A DNA stretch of 64,000 nucleotides from Alphaproteobacteria bacterium. Its GTDB lineage: Bacteria; Pseudomonadota; Alphaproteobacteria; JAUXUR01. The notes beneath the pieces are model-generated. The model had not been told where the DNA came from, ran no database searches, and saw only the letters and a list, made by a program, of their open reading frames with translations. The DNA is taken from NCBI GenBank assembly GCA_030680745.1, contig JAUXUR010000079.1:5304-69303 (forward strand). The letters run 5' to 3'. Both the position numbers and the translations under genes were made by a program. Positions 61,073 to 64,000 of this stretch are shown here, piece after piece (within the stretch, counting starts at the first letter, position 1; each line of letters opens with the position of its first letter).

Positions 61073-62184
61073 GAATTAACATAATTAGCATCTTCAACAG
61101 GATTTAAGCTTGAACCAAAATCAACAGCATCGCGTGTATCAATCATGACAGCAACCTCGTTTGTTTCTTTGCGTGCATGCTTAGCGCCTGCTGCAAAAGC
61201 TTTAGGATGGGGGCCATGTGTAAAGCCACAGGGGTGAACACTCATCATGCCGGGTCCAATATTGTCTCGGCTGAAAAATTCACCAGCATGATAAAAAAGG
61301 ATCTCGTCATAATCATCATTGTTGTGGAAAAAGGGAACCTTAAGCGCACCTGGATCTGATTCGATGGGTCTGGGGCAAAAAGTACAGACAACAAAACGAC
61401 TACTTAAGAAAGTAGTGTGAGCAGAGGGTGGTAAATGATAACGATGACTCATGAGCGGACGAATATCACGCCAATTAATGCGCACGGGATGTAAATTACC
61501 CTTCCAACCCATTGCATCTAAGGGAGAATGAGGGAAGGTGACTTTTGATATTTGATTGCGTCTTTTAATATGGACGGACCATTCTCTTTTGGAATGTTGT
61601 TGCTCTTTAAAAGCATCATCAATAACAGGTGTATCCAGCATGCCTTGATCGAAAATCGCTTGAGGGCCTAGAATTCCTTTTTCAGGCAAACGATAGGAAT
61701 CATTGGTCGCTTCAATAATAAGTGCTTTAACAGTTGAATCACATTCAATGCGCCACATTGAGCCACGCGGAAGCAGGATATAATCACCATCACGAAAGGT
61801 TAAATGTCCATAATCGCAAAAAAGATCACCTTGACCTTCATGGATAAAAAGAAGATCGTCACCATCACCATTACGGACTAAAAAATCCATTGATTGGTCA
61901 AGTTGCCAAAATTGAAGACGCATAAAATTATTTGTTAGAATTTCGGGGGCGTCGAAGGGCGATTGTGTCAAATTGCTCAGTTTATTTAAATCAAAGGAAC
62001 GAGGGCGCAAAGGGCCCTCCCATTTAATCCAACTCATAGGGTTTTTTTGGTGATACATATGCGTTGCAGGACCAAAAAAGCCTTCTTTGCCAAGCTCTCG
62101 TTCATAGCTTTCATTTGGAAAATCAGCATGCGCTTGGCGTGTTATAATGCCTTCTGATTTGGGGATGTTAATCCAAGTTTTCAT
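61057..62184 (-). CDS. hmgA: Homogentisate 1,2-dioxygenase-like cupin dioxygenase, a short form
   Basis: Cupin core GDYILLPRGSMWRIE; C-terminal GPGMMSVHPCGFTHGPHP resembling the HGD ...SLHNCMSPHGPD; embedded between hppD and the FAH gene. Confidence 0.5.
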   Translation of the reverse strand: MKTWINIPKSEGIITRQAHADFPNESYERELGKEGFFGPATHMYHQKNPMSWIKWEGPLRPRSFDLNKLSNLTQSPFDAPEILTNNFMRLQFWQLDQSMDFLVRNGDGDDLLFIHEGQGDLFCDYGHLTFRDGDYILLPRGSMWRIECDSTVKALIIEATNDSYRLPEKGILGPQAIFDQGMLDTPVIDDAFKEQQHSKREWSVHIKRRNQISKVTFPHSPLDAMGWKGNLHPVRINWRDIRPLMSHRYHLPPSAHTTFLSSRFVVCTFCPRPIESDPGALKVPFFHNNDDYDEILFYHAGEFFSRDNIGPGMMSVHPCGFTHGPHPKAFAAGAKHARKETNEVAVMIDTRDAVDFGSSLNPVEDANYVNSWRQS

Positions 62185-63275
62185 ACTTTAAGAACCCCAC
62201 GTTCGATTTGGTCGCGCTCTAACGCATCAAATAATGCTTGAAAATTTCCTTCGCCAAAGCCTTGATGGCCTTTACGTTGAATAATTTCAAAGAAGATTGG
62301 TCCAATGACTGTTTTGGTGAAAATTTGAAGTAAATAAGATTTTGTTGGGGTGTCACCATCAATAAGCAGGTGGCTACGCGCCATACGCTCAACATCTTCG
62401 CCATGCGCTGGAAGTCTTGTTTGCAACATATCATAATATGATCTTGGAACACTCATAAAGGGAATGCTATTTTCACGCATTTTTTCAACGGTTTCGTAAA
62501 TATTAGGGGTCGTTAAAGCAATATGTTGAATACCTTCGCCTTTATAAATTTCAAGATATTCGGCGATTTGTGATTTATCGTCTGTTGATTCATTGAGGGG
62601 AATTTTAATTTGGCCACAAGGTGCTGACATAGCGCGTGAAATGAGTCCTGTATGCGCGCCTTTAATGTCGAAGTAGCGAATTTCATGAAAATTAAATAGT
62701 TTTTCGTAATAATCAGCCCATTGATCCACGTTACCTTGATACACATTGTGCGTTAAATGATCAATAGATTCAAGGCCTAAGCCAATATGTTCAATGCCTT
62801 TGCTGCCAGGAAAATTGTCATTGTAAAGATCATTCATGCCATTTTGATCAATAAGATAAAGGTGAGCGCCTCCTATGCCTTTGATGGCAGGAATAGAAGC
62901 AGGAAAAAATCTTTTTCTTGATGAAAAATCAATGGGTTCAGCACCTTTTTCTTTTAATGCTTTATATGCGTTTTGTGCATCTTTAACTTTAAAGCCCATG
63001 GAGCATGCTGAAGAACCATGATCATTTCTGAAATCTTCAGAGAAATCATTGCGTTCAGCATTAACAAAAAAATGAATTTTACCTTGTTTGAAAAGCGTTA
63101 CATTTTGGGTGCGATGTTTCCCACAATTTCGAAAGCCTAAATTTTCAAATAATTTGTAAAGTTCTTGAGGTTTGTCGGTTGAAAACTCAACAAATTCAAA
63201 ACATTCAGTTCCAATAAAATTGGTTGCTTGTGCTTTGTTTTCGGATAATTTGGGTGAAAATTGTGTGCTTGTCAT
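62181..63275 (-). CDS. hppD: 4-hydroxyphenylpyruvate dioxygenase
   Basis: Two VOC barrels; C-terminal GPIFFEIIQRKG...GFGEGNFQALFDALERDQIERGVL signature; 364 aa. Confidence 0.85.
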   Translation of the reverse strand: MTSTQFSPKLSENKAQATNFIGTECFEFVEFSTDKPQELYKLFENLGFRNCGKHRTQNVTLFKQGKIHFFVNAERNDFSEDFRNDHGSSACSMGFKVKDAQNAYKALKEKGAEPIDFSSRKRFFPASIPAIKGIGGAHLYLIDQNGMNDLYNDNFPGSKGIEHIGLGLESIDHLTHNVYQGNVDQWADYYEKLFNFHEIRYFDIKGAHTGLISRAMSAPCGQIKIPLNESTDDKSQIAEYLEIYKGEGIQHIALTTPNIYETVEKMRENSIPFMSVPRSYYDMLQTRLPAHGEDVERMARSHLLIDGDTPTKSYLLQIFTKTVIGPIFFEIIQRKGHQGFGEGNFQALFDALERDQIERGVLKV

Positions 63276-63364
63276 TGAACGCTCCAGTTAAAATAAAGTC
63301 TGAAATCCTTTCACAACCTTGACGTAATTCTCAAAACCAGTCAAGTTAAGTATGGGAGGCAATA

Positions 63365-64000
63365 ATGAAAAAAATCTATTATTTTATGCTACTTTATATA
63401 GGTTGTTCTTTGAATCAAGGGCTTTCTGCCCAAGAATTATATTCTCATCGTTTTGGTGAAAAAGGTCCACCTATAGATATTCAGCGAGTTATTGATCGTG
63501 GTCGATTGGTGGTTGCGATGCATAAAAATAATTATGCGCCATTTTTTTCAGATGAATCAGGAACATTAAAAGGATTTGACGTTGATTTAGCATATGATAT
63601 TGCGAAAACATTGAATATTCCTGAAGTTGAATTTAATCGCACTTCTGATAGTTTTGACGATGTTGTTAAAAAGGTTTCTGAATATAAAGCTGATATGGCG
63701 ATTTCATATGTCAGTAAAACGCTTACTAGGCAATTAAAAGTCTTATATACAGAACCTTACATTAAGTTGAGAACGGGCATATTAGTGAGTCGGAGTTATG
63801 CCGCACAAAATAATATTACTGAAAAAAATTTACTAATGGCGCTTAATCGTAAAGATGCTACATTTGCTGCTGAAAGAGGTGGCGCTTTCCGAGAATTTAC
63901 ACGCAATGTTTTTCCTGAGGTTAAGCTTATTGAAGCGCCTAGTCGCCTTGATATTTATAAAAGTTTAGTGGATCGCAAAATAGATGCTGTTTATAACGAA
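63365..64000 (+). CDS. Partial (3' end beyond window) periplasmic amino-acid/solute-binding protein, family 3
   Basis: My own translation from the ATG at 63365 gives MKKIYYFMLLYIGCSLNQGLSAQ...LVVAMHKNNYAPFFSDESGTLKGFDVDLAYDIAKTL, an SBP_bac_3-like sequence. The frame runs open to the window end. Confidence 0.55.
   Translation, partial: MKKIYYFMLLYIGCSLNQGLSAQELYSHRFGEKGPPIDIQRVIDRGRLVVAMHKNNYAPFFSDESGTLKGFDVDLAYDIAKTLNIPEVEFNRTSDSFDDVVKKVSEYKADMAISYVSKTLTRQLKVLYTEPYIKLRTGILVSRSYAAQNNITEKNLLMALNRKDATFAAERGGAFREFTRNVFPEVKLIEAPSRLDIYKSLVDRKIDAVYNE

Noticed and set aside
1-64000. Search for rRNA, additional tRNAs, tmRNA, integrase or transposase genes, phage genes, or defence systems (CRISPR-Cas, restriction-modification, Abi)
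   Set aside because: None was recognised by eye. Only tRNA-Pro has the T-loop GGTTCAAATCC signature. No transposase or integrase-like motif (DDE, tyrosine recombinase R..H..Y) was seen, so the small palindromic repeats appear non-autonomous.

Overview
This window looks like an AT-rich alphaproteobacterial chromosome. Markers that point that way are PopZ, a Tim44-like protein, an ELM1-like protein, a ribosomal protein S2 with an Ala/Lys/Glu tail, and the metG-tatD-MBL and pcm-tolC neighbourhoods. Conserved housekeeping blocks are rpsB-tsf-pyrH-frr, metG-tatD, prfB with its +1 frameshift, coaE-dnaQ, valS, trxB, tRNA-Pro, pcm-rhodanese-tolC, and hppD-hmgA-FAH. RNase P RNA (rnpB) sits at 36439..36826 on the minus strand. 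Interleaved with these are very AT-rich islands encoding Sec-signal proteins of unknown function. Several are large internally repetitive proteins: a 91-aa-unit repeat protein at 91..2892, a 1424-aa protein with about 60-aa repeats, and a PV-linker surface protein. The strongest novel-system candidate is a 1397-aa exported protein at 53589..57782 that fuses a eukaryotic-protein-kinase-like catalytic core, a Nudix box and two ~120-aa C-terminal repeats. A second signal-peptide kinase-like protein lies directly upstream of an orphan REC-HDOD plus soluble hybrid histidine kinase pair. There are also two secreted HAD-motif proteins, a RelE/ParE toxin with an RHH antitoxin, a His-rich periplasmic protein, and three tandem orphan family-5 substrate-binding proteins. 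At least four families of small palindromic MITE/REP-like repeats (called A, B, C and GC-pal here) are scattered through intergenic regions, often abutting start codons or sitting between convergent genes. No CRISPR array, rRNA or obvious IS transposase was found.
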